This document shows positions 10,604 to 19,976 of a DNA stretch of 36,468 bases, piece after piece; positions within the stretch are counted from its first letter, which is position 1; each line of letters starts with the position of its first letter. The stretch is taken from positions 1 through 36,468 of the IMG/VR virus record IMGVR_UViG_3300032335_001107; one strand, written 5' to 3'. The notes below the pieces were generated by a model. That model made no database searches, was not told the origin of the DNA, and was given only the letters and a program-made list of their open reading frames with translations. The stretch comes from a virus (lineage: Duplodnaviria > Caudoviricetes). A program made the translations under genes and the position numbers.

Positions 10604-10609
10604 AATTTT

Positions 10610-11038
10610 ATGAAACAAAAAATAAGCGAAGATATAGTAAGTATCACACTAGAAGACTTGGAAAATGAATTTGGTTCTATTCCAAGTCAGAATATAAAAG
10701 AAATTTTAAAAGACGTAATTGCATCTGGAAATTTAGTTTACGACGAAAATAAATCCGAAGTGTACTACGAATTACAAAAACCGATAAAAAAAGAAAATGG
10801 AGAAATGTTTTCAAAGCTTAAATTTTACGAACCGACATTATCAGAAATGAAAGAAATTTCAAGGGGTTCAAAATTACAGGCAAATTCAAAAGGATTTATG
10901 GAAATTGATACCGATACACAAAGAAAATTGGCTATGAAAATGGTAACTGTTTTTAATGGTATTCCAGACGGATTGTTAGACAAAATAAAACGTAGAGACG
11001 TTGCAGTTATTGAGGCATTGTCCTATTTTTTCGCATAG
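10610..11038 (+). CDS. Tail assembly chaperone
   Basis: Between tube and tape measure; ELQKPI...LKFYEPT...DKIKRRD...YFF. Confidence 0.85.
   Translation: MKQKISEDIVSITLEDLENEFGSIPSQNIKEILKDVIASGNLVYDENKSEVYYELQKPIKKENGEMFSKLKFYEPTLSEMKEISRGSKLQANSKGFMEIDTDTQRKLAMKMVTVFNGIPDGLLDKIKRRDVAVIEALSYFFA
11026..11032 (+). promoter_or_regulatory. -1 programmed ribosomal frameshift site T TTT TTC
   Basis: Slippery heptamer just before the chaperone stop; the -1 frame is open to TAA at 11194-11196. Confidence 0.8.
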
Positions 11039-11196
11039 AACCGATTCAGAATTATAGAAATAAAATATTATTGGTAGTGGATCGGTTCAAATGTGTAGGC
11101 GAAATACAGAAAATGAAGTTATCGGATTTAGAATTTTGGTATCAAGGTGCAATTGATTTAATAGAATCAGAAAAAAATTATATGAAAGGGGCGTAA
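11032..11196 (+). CDS. -1 frameshift extension of the tail assembly chaperone (gpGT / P2 gpE'-like)
   Basis: RIEPIQNYRNKILLVVDRFKCVGEIQKMKLSDLEFWYQGAIDLIESEKNYMKGA*; contains the typical EIxxMxLxDLxxW motif and fills the gap to the tape measure gene. Confidence 0.8.
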   Translation, partial: RIEPIQNYRNKILLVVDRFKCVGEIQKMKLSDLEFWYQGAIDLIESEKNYMKGA

Positions 11197-11199
11197 TAC

Positions 11200-12810
11200 A
11201 TGGCTAAACCAACACTAGCAACAGTTTTTACAGCCCAAGATTTTATGTCCCCTCAAATTAAAAAAATGCAAGATTCCGTATCTCGCATGTCTGACAAAAT
11301 TCAAGAAGTAAATAAAAAAGCATCCGGATCTTTTTTAAATCTAAAAAACGCTGCTATTGTAACACTAGGTGTTATGACTATCAATAGAATCAAATCTTTT
11401 GCAGAGGAATTTGCAACCACAGGAGACGAAATAGCCAAAACAGCATCAAGGCTTGGATTGACAAGTGTTGAATTACAAAGACTTAGATACGCAATGGGAC
11501 AACAGGGCGTATCTTCCGAAACATTAACACAATCTTTTGAAACATTAAATAAAAATTTAGGTTTATTGCAAACTGGACAGGGTGCTTTATTTTCTAAACT
11601 TAAAAAAAATAATCCAGAAATGCTTAAACAAATTCGTAATACAAAAAGTAATTCCGAGGCTTTTATGTTACTTATGGATGCCATGGACAAGACTTCGGAC
11701 GCAACCGAAAAAGCTGCACTGTCTACAATTGCTTTTGGCGGTGCAGGTCAGATGATGATATTAGCATCTAAAGGTGGATCTAAAACTATAAATGATCTTG
11801 GCAATAAGATGGAAAAATTTGGCGTAATATCCAATGAAGACGCAATGAAAGCCGAGGCATTAAATGACTCTCTTGACAATTTAAATCAATCATTGTCAGG
11901 ATTAGTAAAACAAGGTTATGTACCTGTATTGCAAAAAATGGAACCATTGATAAATAAAATGGCTAATTATATTTCAGAAAATAAACAGTTTATTGCTTTA
12001 GGAATTGAAAAAACATTAGATGTAATTTCCAAAGCATTTGATATTTTAAAAATTGGAATAGATACAGGTTTAATTCCTGTAATCATAGGAATGAAATTAG
12101 CTTTTGAAGCTGCTAAACTTGCAATAATTGCACAAACGGCGGTTACAACTGCATATACTGTAATACAATCAATATTAGATGTCGGATTAGTAGCAACTAC
12201 TAAATTAATAATAGCTCAAAACGCTGCATGGCTTGCAAGCCCAATAGGATTAGTAATTGTATCGGTAGCAGCTCTTGCATCGGCATTTTATTTGTTATAC
12301 AAAAACATTGAAACAATTGATGGATGGATTTTAACTTTATGGACTAAATTTACAGAAATGAATATTGTTTTAAAAATTCTTATAGGTTATTTAGCATTAA
12401 CAGGAATTGTAGCCTTAATTGCATTCGCTCCAATAACTGCGACCGTTGTAGGTGTTATGATTGCAATTTATGCTTTGGTAAAAGCCTATCAATATTTAAA
12501 AAATAAAATATCAGGCGAACCAATAGAGACAGAAATTGAAGAACCCAAATTGCCAAATTTACCAGGTATACAAAGACCAGAACCAATACCAGGTATGGAG
12601 GCAATTGACAGAAAAAATATGCAAACTGCAAACAGTGGAATGTTACTGAATCAAACTATAAATAGAAATAATAATTCAAATTTGACTGTAGATTTTAGAA
12701 ACTTACCACAAAACGCAAATATAACCCAAAAAGGACAAGCTCCAAATATTAATATCAATAGGGGAATGAACATAGATCCATTTATTTTATTTGGTGGTGG
12801 ATTTAAATAA
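11200..12810 (+). CDS. Tape measure protein
   Basis: Helical Ala-rich 536 aa; GDEIAKTASRLG...LQRLRYA; hydrophobic segments with ASPIGLV. Confidence 0.9.
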   Translation: MAKPTLATVFTAQDFMSPQIKKMQDSVSRMSDKIQEVNKKASGSFLNLKNAAIVTLGVMTINRIKSFAEEFATTGDEIAKTASRLGLTSVELQRLRYAMGQQGVSSETLTQSFETLNKNLGLLQTGQGALFSKLKKNNPEMLKQIRNTKSNSEAFMLLMDAMDKTSDATEKAALSTIAFGGAGQMMILASKGGSKTINDLGNKMEKFGVISNEDAMKAEALNDSLDNLNQSLSGLVKQGYVPVLQKMEPLINKMANYISENKQFIALGIEKTLDVISKAFDILKIGIDTGLIPVIIGMKLAFEAAKLAIIAQTAVTTAYTVIQSILDVGLVATTKLIIAQNAAWLASPIGLVIVSVAALASAFYLLYKNIETIDGWILTLWTKFTEMNIVLKILIGYLALTGIVALIAFAPITATVVGVMIAIYALVKAYQYLKNKISGEPIETEIEEPKLPNLPGIQRPEPIPGMEAIDRKNMQTANSGMLLNQTINRNNNSNLTVDFRNLPQNANITQKGQAPNININRGMNIDPFILFGGGFK

Positions 12811-14117
12811 TGTCATACATAGATAGAATAGAACGTCTTACCTATCAATCTCCAAAACGTAAAACTTTTGATTTAGAATTTGACGATCTTGCAAGAAACA
12901 TACAAAGAAAAACAGCAATAAATGAATTTCCATATCAAAGTAAAGCAAATGTTCAAGACTTAGGAATGGGAAATTTAAAAATTCCTATTAGATGTTATAT
13001 TTCTGGGAATGATTATGATTTGGAAGCTGACAGATTTTTTAAAGCTTTAAATGAACAAGGATCTGGGATTTTAGATCATCCAAGATGGGGTTCAATAGAT
13101 GTAATACCTATAAACATAACTCAATCAGAATCTTTTATTGACGGTCTAGGTAGGGCAATATTTGAAATTGAATTTGTAGAATTTTTTCCAGATGCAAACA
13201 ATTTCCCTGAAAAAATATATGCATTTTTTAAAAATTTATTTAAATTAATTACAGGAATTATTGATTTTGTATTTCAATTAATAGATTCAATTATAACAAT
13301 AGAAACTGATTTAAGACGTGTAGGAAGAACAGGGAAAAGAATTGTAGGATCTGCAATTTCAGAAACAAAAAGAATTGAAACAAGATTAAAAGGTGTATCT
13401 CAAAGATTAAAAGAGGACATGAGAAATAATTTTGTTAGTTCTACTTTTGATCCAACAGCTAGATTTTCCGTAGATGGAAGGGAAAAACAAGATACATTTA
13501 ATAAAAATTTACGTGTATTTCAGGAATACATTGAAGACAATCCTGACATTGTAATTAGCGAAGCTGTAAAACAATTAAACAATTTAGCACGTTTACCACA
13601 GGGCGAAAACATACCAGTATCACAAACAATTGCAAGTTATAATACTACATTAGATTTTATAGATTCTAAATTTACAGATCCAAATATGAATGATTTTGAG
13701 GCAAATATAAACGGCTATAATGCAATTGCCTTTACATTAGCATTGTCCGAAAAATTAATAAACGCTAATTATGTAACAAGGAATGATTCAATACAAGCAA
13801 TAGATGTATTGCAAGAAAGAAGGGAAAAACTAAAATTAATATACGATAAAGTAGTACAGAAAAATGGAAATTTAGACTATGATATTTTAATTCAAACTTA
13901 TAATGCAATTTCAAATTCACAAAGACAGATCTTAAATCAATCTTTACAATTGCCAACAGAAAAATCTATAGTATTAGAAAAAGATACAACTCCAATAGAA
14001 TTTGTTTATAGCTTAACGAACGACATAGATAGATTGGATGAATTAATGTCTTACAATAATTTTCAGGGTAAAAATATATTAGTAATACCAAAGGGAACAA
14101 GTGTAAGGTATTATTGA
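12810..14117 (+). CDS. DNA circularization/tail protein (Mu gpN-like)
   Basis: RKTAINEFPY...VQDLG...GILDHPRWG N-terminal motif; LysM-like C-terminus. Confidence 0.88.
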   Translation: MSYIDRIERLTYQSPKRKTFDLEFDDLARNIQRKTAINEFPYQSKANVQDLGMGNLKIPIRCYISGNDYDLEADRFFKALNEQGSGILDHPRWGSIDVIPINITQSESFIDGLGRAIFEIEFVEFFPDANNFPEKIYAFFKNLFKLITGIIDFVFQLIDSIITIETDLRRVGRTGKRIVGSAISETKRIETRLKGVSQRLKEDMRNNFVSSTFDPTARFSVDGREKQDTFNKNLRVFQEYIEDNPDIVISEAVKQLNNLARLPQGENIPVSQTIASYNTTLDFIDSKFTDPNMNDFEANINGYNAIAFTLALSEKLINANYVTRNDSIQAIDVLQERREKLKLIYDKVVQKNGNLDYDILIQTYNAISNSQRQILNQSLQLPTEKSIVLEKDTTPIEFVYSLTNDIDRLDELMSYNNFQGKNILVIPKGTSVRYY

Positions 14118-15280
14118 TGTCTTTTTATATCCCAGAATTTGATATTGATTTAATTAAACCAAAATATGATGTATTAAATTTAAATACAAAGAAAAAATCT
14201 CCTTTAATTATTGAAATTAATAGTAAAGAATTTTCTGAATTTAATGCCTTAAGAGTGTCATACGCAATAGATTCAGGATGTGCGGCTTTTAGTTTTGATA
14301 CAATTTTTAATCCATCAAAGGGATTAAGTAACCAAATCAAACCTTTTGGAAATGAAGAAATTATAATAAGATACAAAAATAAAAGAATATTTACTGGGAT
14401 TTTAGAAAAAATTACAACAGGTTATTCCAATTCAGGAAGCAATATTAATATTCAAGGTAGATCAAAATCTGGAATTTTATTAGATACGCAATTAAAAGGG
14501 AGTCAACTTGCAAATTCAACTATTGAAGGATTATCACAATATTTAAATTTTACAAATACTATAGAAGAAACAAAAACTATATTTCCCTTATTTGATTGGA
14601 ATTCTGGGGATAATGCTTTTGATATTTTATCAAAATACGCTGCTCAAAAAGGTTTTTGGGCTGTTCCTAGGTTTGACGGATCACTTGAATTTATAAATTT
14701 TAATAAATTAACCGATCCATCTATTAGTATCCAAGATGGAAAAGAAAATGTCTTAAGTATCACAGCGACATACGACGTTACAAAAAGATTTTCTGAATAT
14801 GTAGGATTTAAAAAAGATGCACAAAAAATAGTAACTGATAATACAATTATCAATAGGGGAAAAAAGTTTTTTAGAGCAGACGACAATAATGGAGATTTGG
14901 ATAAAGTAGCAAAACTTGGAAAATCAAAATCAATATCTGAATCAATGACATTTTCTGTAATACTTTCAAATTGGGAATGGGATAAAAAATTATTTCAACC
15001 GGGTATTTTAGTAAATGTAATTTCTCCCATGAATTTTATTTACAAAGAATCTAAATTTTGCGTAAAACAAGTAGACTTTACTTATGATATAAATTCAGGC
15101 TATATAATTGAATTACAATTATGTTTACCTTCCGTTTTCACTTTACAAGATCCAGATTTAGAATTTTTTCAAACTTTTGAAGATTTAAACCTCAAAGACA
15201 AAAATTTATTAAAACAAATTTTAGGTGTTCCAAATAATGAAATGTATAAAAGTTCTTTGGAGTATTTTAAGAAATTATGA
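14114..15280 (+). CDS. Baseplate hub protein (Mu gp44-like)
   Basis: RVSYAIDSGCAAFSF, IQGRSKSGILLD, DVTKRFSEY motifs; synteny. Confidence 0.82.
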   Translation: MMSFYIPEFDIDLIKPKYDVLNLNTKKKSPLIIEINSKEFSEFNALRVSYAIDSGCAAFSFDTIFNPSKGLSNQIKPFGNEEIIIRYKNKRIFTGILEKITTGYSNSGSNINIQGRSKSGILLDTQLKGSQLANSTIEGLSQYLNFTNTIEETKTIFPLFDWNSGDNAFDILSKYAAQKGFWAVPRFDGSLEFINFNKLTDPSISIQDGKENVLSITATYDVTKRFSEYVGFKKDAQKIVTDNTIINRGKKFFRADDNNGDLDKVAKLGKSKSISESMTFSVILSNWEWDKKLFQPGILVNVISPMNFIYKESKFCVKQVDFTYDINSGYIIELQLCLPSVFTLQDPDLEFFQTFEDLNLKDKNLLKQILGVPNNEMYKSSLEYFKKL

Positions 15281-15765
15281 ATATAATTAAAAATATTCTT
15301 GCAAACTTTAAAAAATTTGCTAAAAATGATTATAATTCACAAGTAGCAAAAACTATAGAATTTGAGGACATTGTAAGGGAAGTAGAATTTTACCAAACAC
15401 CTGGTATCGTTTCAGGTCTTACAAGCTCGGATGAAATTGCAGTCATACAATTAGAAGGTGGTGGATATAAAATTGGTATTGCAAGTTTTAATTATAAAAT
15501 TAATATCTCAGTAACACCGGGACAAACAAAAATATTTTCAACCGACGCAACTGGATTGATAAAAAAAGCTGAAATAATTTTAGATACAAATGGAAAAATT
15601 AAAATGTCAAATTCTACTCAATCAATAAAGGCAATTATTGACGAATTAATTGATGAATTAATAAATTTTAAAACTTTTGGATCTCCAGCAAATCATAAGA
15701 CAGATCCAAGTACGGTAGTAAATTTAAATTTAATAAAAACTAAAATAGGACAATTATTATACTAA
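15277..15765 (+). CDS. Baseplate spike protein (Mu gp45-like)
   Basis: FYQTPGIVS...PGQTKIFS...IILDTNGKI OB-fold/beta-helix pattern; synteny. Confidence 0.7.
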   Translation: MNIIKNILANFKKFAKNDYNSQVAKTIEFEDIVREVEFYQTPGIVSGLTSSDEIAVIQLEGGGYKIGIASFNYKINISVTPGQTKIFSTDATGLIKKAEIILDTNGKIKMSNSTQSIKAIIDELIDELINFKTFGSPANHKTDPSTVVNLNLIKTKIGQLLY

Positions 15766-15766
15766 T

Positions 15767-16006
15767 ATGCCATTGAATAAACCAAGATTAAAGGGAACAT
15801 TAAAAACCGAAATAATAGCTTTAAATACTTTGATGGCTGCATCACCATTGTCAGACACAGATTATGCTGATAAATTAGCGGAATTAATAGCCAATAAAGT
15901 TATTGACGAAATTACAGGAAATGCTTTAATTCCTTCAGGTATAGCCGTTCAAGTAAACATAGTAACCGGAACAGGATCTACTACGGGAACGGGAACAGTA
16001 ACATAA
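15767..16006 (+). CDS. Small baseplate protein, possible spike tip
   Basis: 79 aa between spike and gp46; helical N-terminus, Gly/Thr-rich C-terminus TGTGSTTGTGTVT. Confidence 0.45.
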   Translation: MPLNKPRLKGTLKTEIIALNTLMAASPLSDTDYADKLAELIANKVIDEITGNALIPSGIAVQVNIVTGTGSTTGTGTVT

Positions 16007-16434
16007 TGAGCGACTTGTATCTCAAACCAACTGAATTTGGAGGCGAAGTAGAATACGACTCACGAAATGATTTTTTATTGACCGATGGATTATTTACAGC
16101 GTGCTACATCAGTTTATTTTCAGAACCATACTGGGGAAATTCAATTTTACCGACAGAAAATAGACTTGTATCTCAATTATCTCAATTATTTGAACGACCA
16201 ATTTCTTCAAGCACAAGAAACATTGCAATACGAACAACCGAAAACGCTTTAAATTGGCTGATAGAAAATGATATTGCAAGCGAAATACAGGTTGACTGTG
16301 AGATACAAAATGTATCAAGTATTTATATAGTAGTAAGAATCACAGAACCAGACGAAAATATTCAAGAATTTGGATATAAATTGAATTGGCGTGGAAATTT
16401 TATAGAATCGGAAAGGAGAAACAGTCTTGGCTAG
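16006..16434 (+). CDS. Baseplate protein (Mu gp46-like)
   Basis: GLFTACYISLFS...YWGN...ALNWLIENDIAS motif. Confidence 0.88.
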   Translation: MSDLYLKPTEFGGEVEYDSRNDFLLTDGLFTACYISLFSEPYWGNSILPTENRLVSQLSQLFERPISSSTRNIAIRTTENALNWLIENDIASEIQVDCEIQNVSSIYIVVRITEPDENIQEFGYKLNWRGNFIESERRNSLG

Positions 16435-17512
16435 TGTCCCAACAATTACAGAGATAAAAGAACAAATTCTTTCCGACATAGAAACGGCAACAGGTAAGAC
16501 GGCTCCATTATTACCAATTTCGGTTTGGAGTGTAATTTCCACAGCTTTAGCAGGTGCATTATATTTAATTTATAAATATATTGATTACACTAGAAGACAA
16601 ATTTTTGTCTCAACGGCTGATTATGAAGGATTAATCCTAAAAGGTCGGGAATATGGATTATTTCCTAACGTATCTCAAGAATGGAGAGGCACGGCAAGTA
16701 TCACAGGAACAAACGGGACAAATATACCAATTGGAAAAATTTATACTAGGGGAAATTTTGCGTATCAAGTAACTGTTTTGGCTACAATTTTAAGTGGATC
16801 GGCAACTTTAATTTTAGAAAGTCTTACAAGCGGATCCGAAGCAAACTTAATTGCAACCGACATACTAACCGAATCAAATCCGACCGTAGGATTAAGCTCT
16901 ACAATAACAATTGCAACCATTACGCAATCGGGAAGGAATGAAGAATCTATCGAGAATTTTAGAAATCGTATTTCACAAAGACAAAAATTTCCGCCACAAG
17001 GTGGGTCGGTAAATGATTATATTATATGGACATTGGAAGTGCCAGGTATTGCGGAGGCTTTTCCGTTTCTTGATTCACCAGGTATTATTTTTATTTATCC
17101 ATTATTAGAAACTACTACACCAACAACTAGAATTCCAGACAATTCAAAATTACAAGAAGTGGAAGACTATATAAATGATTATGAATTACGACCATTAAAT
17201 TCAAATATTAACGTGGTAGCCTTTACAGAAATAACTATAAATGTAGCTGTTTCAAATTTACAAGTAGATACACCATCTTTACGTGCTACAATACAAAGTG
17301 AAATTACAGATTATTTTTATCAAAGACGACCATTATTATTTCCTAATGATCCCGAACCAAAAAATAATATTTCAGTTTCTGAATGTATCACAATTGCAAC
17401 TTTAGCAGGTGCAAAATCACTAGGAATTGTTTTAACGGCAAGCGGCAAAACATTTCCTTATTCTTTGGATGATAACGAATTAGCGAAACCTGGGACATTT
17501 ACATGGTCTTAA
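16427..17512 (+). CDS. Baseplate wedge protein (gpJ / Mu gp47-like), TTG start
   Basis: QIFVSTAD, ITGTNGTNIPIG, GRNEESIENFRNR, PPQGGSVNDYIIWTLEVPGI, RPL. Confidence 0.92.
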   Translation: MASVPTITEIKEQILSDIETATGKTAPLLPISVWSVISTALAGALYLIYKYIDYTRRQIFVSTADYEGLILKGREYGLFPNVSQEWRGTASITGTNGTNIPIGKIYTRGNFAYQVTVLATILSGSATLILESLTSGSEANLIATDILTESNPTVGLSSTITIATITQSGRNEESIENFRNRISQRQKFPPQGGSVNDYIIWTLEVPGIAEAFPFLDSPGIIFIYPLLETTTPTTRIPDNSKLQEVEDYINDYELRPLNSNINVVAFTEITINVAVSNLQVDTPSLRATIQSEITDYFYQRRPLLFPNDPEPKNNISVSECITIATLAGAKSLGIVLTASGKTFPYSLDDNELAKPGTFTWS

Positions 17513-18129
17513 ATTTACTTAAAAGTTTATTTCCGAAAGGATCTCCATGGAATATTTTAGGGGAATTTGGAAAAGTTATAAACGGAATAAGTGAATCTAT
17601 TAATAGAGTATATAATTATGCAATACTAACATTAAATGAATCGGTAACATTAACGACTACCGATTTGATACAAAATTTTTTTGATGCTTTTGGATTACAA
17701 AACGATCCTACATTATCACTTTCTGAAAAAAGACAATTATTAAATTCGTACTACATAGGGACAGGCGGACAATCTAAGATTTTTATTCAAAATCAAATAC
17801 AAAAAGTTTTTCCTCAAATTACTTTAGAGGAATACAATTTAAATGTAAATTCTATGGTCGGTCTCGGAATGACAGGACAATTGCAAACGGAAAGCTATCC
17901 TTCATGGGTTCCATTTATAAATAGAGATGGAACATTTCCGATGTATCTCTATAAAGTAATTGGAACCGTATCAAGTGTAAAACAATATTTAATTTTACAA
18001 GATTTATTAAAACGATATGCACCATTAACACATCAACCGATATTTATAAATATTGATTTTTTATATATTAGTGGAATGGTAGGTGTAGGACAAACAGGAA
18101 TTATGCAAGTAGGAAGACAAGGAGTATGA
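17503..18129 (+). CDS. Baseplate protein (Mu gp48 / YmfQ DUF2313-like)
   Basis: LLKSLFPKGSPW, GGQSK, LKRYAPLTH motifs; follows gpJ. Confidence 0.82.
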   Translation: MVLNLLKSLFPKGSPWNILGEFGKVINGISESINRVYNYAILTLNESVTLTTTDLIQNFFDAFGLQNDPTLSLSEKRQLLNSYYIGTGGQSKIFIQNQIQKVFPQITLEEYNLNVNSMVGLGMTGQLQTESYPSWVPFINRDGTFPMYLYKVIGTVSSVKQYLILQDLLKRYAPLTHQPIFINIDFLYISGMVGVGQTGIMQVGRQGV

Positions 18130-18130
18130 T

Positions 18131-19117
18131 ATGAGGAAAATAGCAGGGCCAGGTAACGTAGCAAATGCATTCGTAGATTATGATGCTGTAAATAACCCAC
18201 AGGGTACAGTAGTAACGGCTAATTTTATGAACGACGTGCAAGATGAATTAATTGCAATACAAACCGATGCATCAGTAGCTGAATCGGCTGGATCTAATGC
18301 TCAGATTTTGAAATTAATTAAATTTAATGCAATAAAATATTCTAAAAATATTGGTGAATTTTTTTATATAGAAGAAAATAAATCTCCATCGGCTTTTGTT
18401 TTGGCTACTCCCGATAATTTTTTTCCAGCAATTAATTTGAGTAAAATTAATATTAATTTGGATATTTCGACAACAAATTATCCTTTATTAGTACCGTATC
18501 TCAGAGCATTAAAAGTAAGATATTTAGACGGAACAAGTGGGGAAGTAAGTTCATGGACTGCAACAGTAGCAAGCTCTAGTATCGCAATGCCAACTTCGAC
18601 AAGCTCGGATGCAATACTATCAAGTTTAGCGGAGGACGTTTTGGTTCATGGTGGTTATACAAATTTTAGAAGTATTACAGTGGCAGGGACTGAATTTCCT
18701 ATTACTAATATTAATACATCCACAAGGGTTATTACAGTTACGGGAACTCCATCGGCTGGTAGTCAGACAGTAGAATTTTATAATTATCGTATAACAGGAT
18801 CATCAAGTACGGCAAGATTATTTGAAATAAAAGGGCGTGGATTTATATCTCCAAACGATGCTAGTGGTAGGCATCAAAACGGATTAAGGGTTAGGGATAG
18901 ATTTCAAGGACATTATCATGAATTTTACAGTTCGCCTAATGGTGGTAATTCTGGTAGTACGAGAGAGGTTGTTCAGAATGAAGATAATTTGAACACAAAT
19001 AAAGTGAGAAGTCCAATAACAGACGGAACAAACGGGACACCAAGAACAGGATTAACAACTCACGGTGCAGGCGTATCAGCTCATTTATATATTTGGGCAA
19101 GGTCATACATAGCATAA
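18131..19117 (+). CDS. Tail fibre protein (short, 328 aa)
   Basis: Mu-like N-terminal GTVVTANFMNDVQDEL; C-terminal collar-like DRFQGHYH...PITDGTNGTPRTG. Confidence 0.85.
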   Translation: MRKIAGPGNVANAFVDYDAVNNPQGTVVTANFMNDVQDELIAIQTDASVAESAGSNAQILKLIKFNAIKYSKNIGEFFYIEENKSPSAFVLATPDNFFPAINLSKININLDISTTNYPLLVPYLRALKVRYLDGTSGEVSSWTATVASSSIAMPTSTSSDAILSSLAEDVLVHGGYTNFRSITVAGTEFPITNINTSTRVITVTGTPSAGSQTVEFYNYRITGSSSTARLFEIKGRGFISPNDASGRHQNGLRVRDRFQGHYHEFYSSPNGGNSGSTREVVQNEDNLNTNKVRSPITDGTNGTPRTGLTTHGAGVSAHLYIWARSYIA

Positions 19118-19129
19118 AAGGAAAAAAAA

Positions 19130-19348
19130 ATGAACAAACTAATACAATTAATTAATACAGACACGCAAGAAATGATTATCGAAGAAATTGTAAGCGAATC
19201 TAATTACGTTGAAAGATCGTACATGTATCACTTACAAATTGATTTATATAAATTAGATGGTATAAACTCGGAATACAAAGAATTTGAATTGGACTTGCAA
19301 GGAAATAAAATTATAATAGAAAATGATACAAGCGACGTTCCAGCATAA
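19130..19348 (+). CDS. Hypothetical acidic protein (possible fibre chaperone)
   Basis: 72 aa after the fibre gene, AAGGA SD upstream. Confidence 0.55.
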   Translation: MNKLIQLINTDTQEMIIEEIVSESNYVERSYMYHLQIDLYKLDGINSEYKEFELDLQGNKIIIENDTSDVPA

Positions 19349-19976
19349 AAGATATTTACTATTTCTTCAATCTATTAACAAGGAAGCCCATGCAGAATCT
19401 ATAAGAAATATCTTAAATTTTCAAGCAAAAGGTTCCGAGAGATTAATTAAAAAAAATGTAAAAAAGAAATTTGTACTACGAACAAATTTTACAATAAATT
19501 CCATAAAACAAGATCGTCAACCAATTGGAAATAATACAAAAAAAATGTTTTCTAGGGTAGTAACTACTTCGCCATATTTACATAAACAGGAAGACGGTAC
19601 TACAGAAAATAGAAAAGCTATTCCTACTATGTTTACTAGAAGTAGTAATTTCAAAAAAACTGTAAGACGTATGTATAGACAAGATAAACTAGGTGACTTC
19701 GGTGCTAAATACTACGCAACAGGTGGAAAAGGTTTTTTCCTTGGAAAGCCAAAGGGATCTAATCGTTCTTATGGAATTTGGATGCGTCACAATAATAATA
19801 AACGTCTTACAAAAATTAAAAATGTATCTCGACAAGATATAAAAATTAAACCTACTAAGTTTTTTGAAAGTGCTATTTTTGTATTTTCTAAACAAAGAAA
19901 TATAGAAAAAGCCTTTTCGATTGATGCACAAAAAAGGCTAAAAGAAACTGCTAAAAAATTCTATACTTCCAATTAA
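19323..19976 (+). CDS. Basic protein resembling tail-completion gpZ-type proteins
   Basis: IRNILNFQA...KKFVLRTNFT...YLHKQEDG...IPT...IKPTKFFE; very basic. Confidence 0.5.
   Translation: MIQATFQHKRYLLFLQSINKEAHAESIRNILNFQAKGSERLIKKNVKKKFVLRTNFTINSIKQDRQPIGNNTKKMFSRVVTTSPYLHKQEDGTTENRKAIPTMFTRSSNFKKTVRRMYRQDKLGDFGAKYYATGGKGFFLGKPKGSNRSYGIWMRHNNNKRLTKIKNVSRQDIKIKPTKFFESAIFVFSKQRNIEKAFSIDAQKRLKETAKKFYTSN

Noticed and set aside
12550-12600. Short repeat TACCAGGTAT in the tape measure 3' region
   Set aside because: Explained by a Pro-rich linker (LPGI/IPGM); no evidence of a separate element
8736-18129. Mu-like transposable phage, tailocin or contractile injection system
   Set aside because: No transposase or MuB; a complete cos-type head and packaging module is present, and lambda-head/Mu-tail mosaics are already known
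18131-19348. Tail-fibre switching by invertase or a diversity-generating retroelement
   Set aside because: Single fibre gene; no inverted second cassette, invertase, reverse transcriptase or template-repeat copy seen
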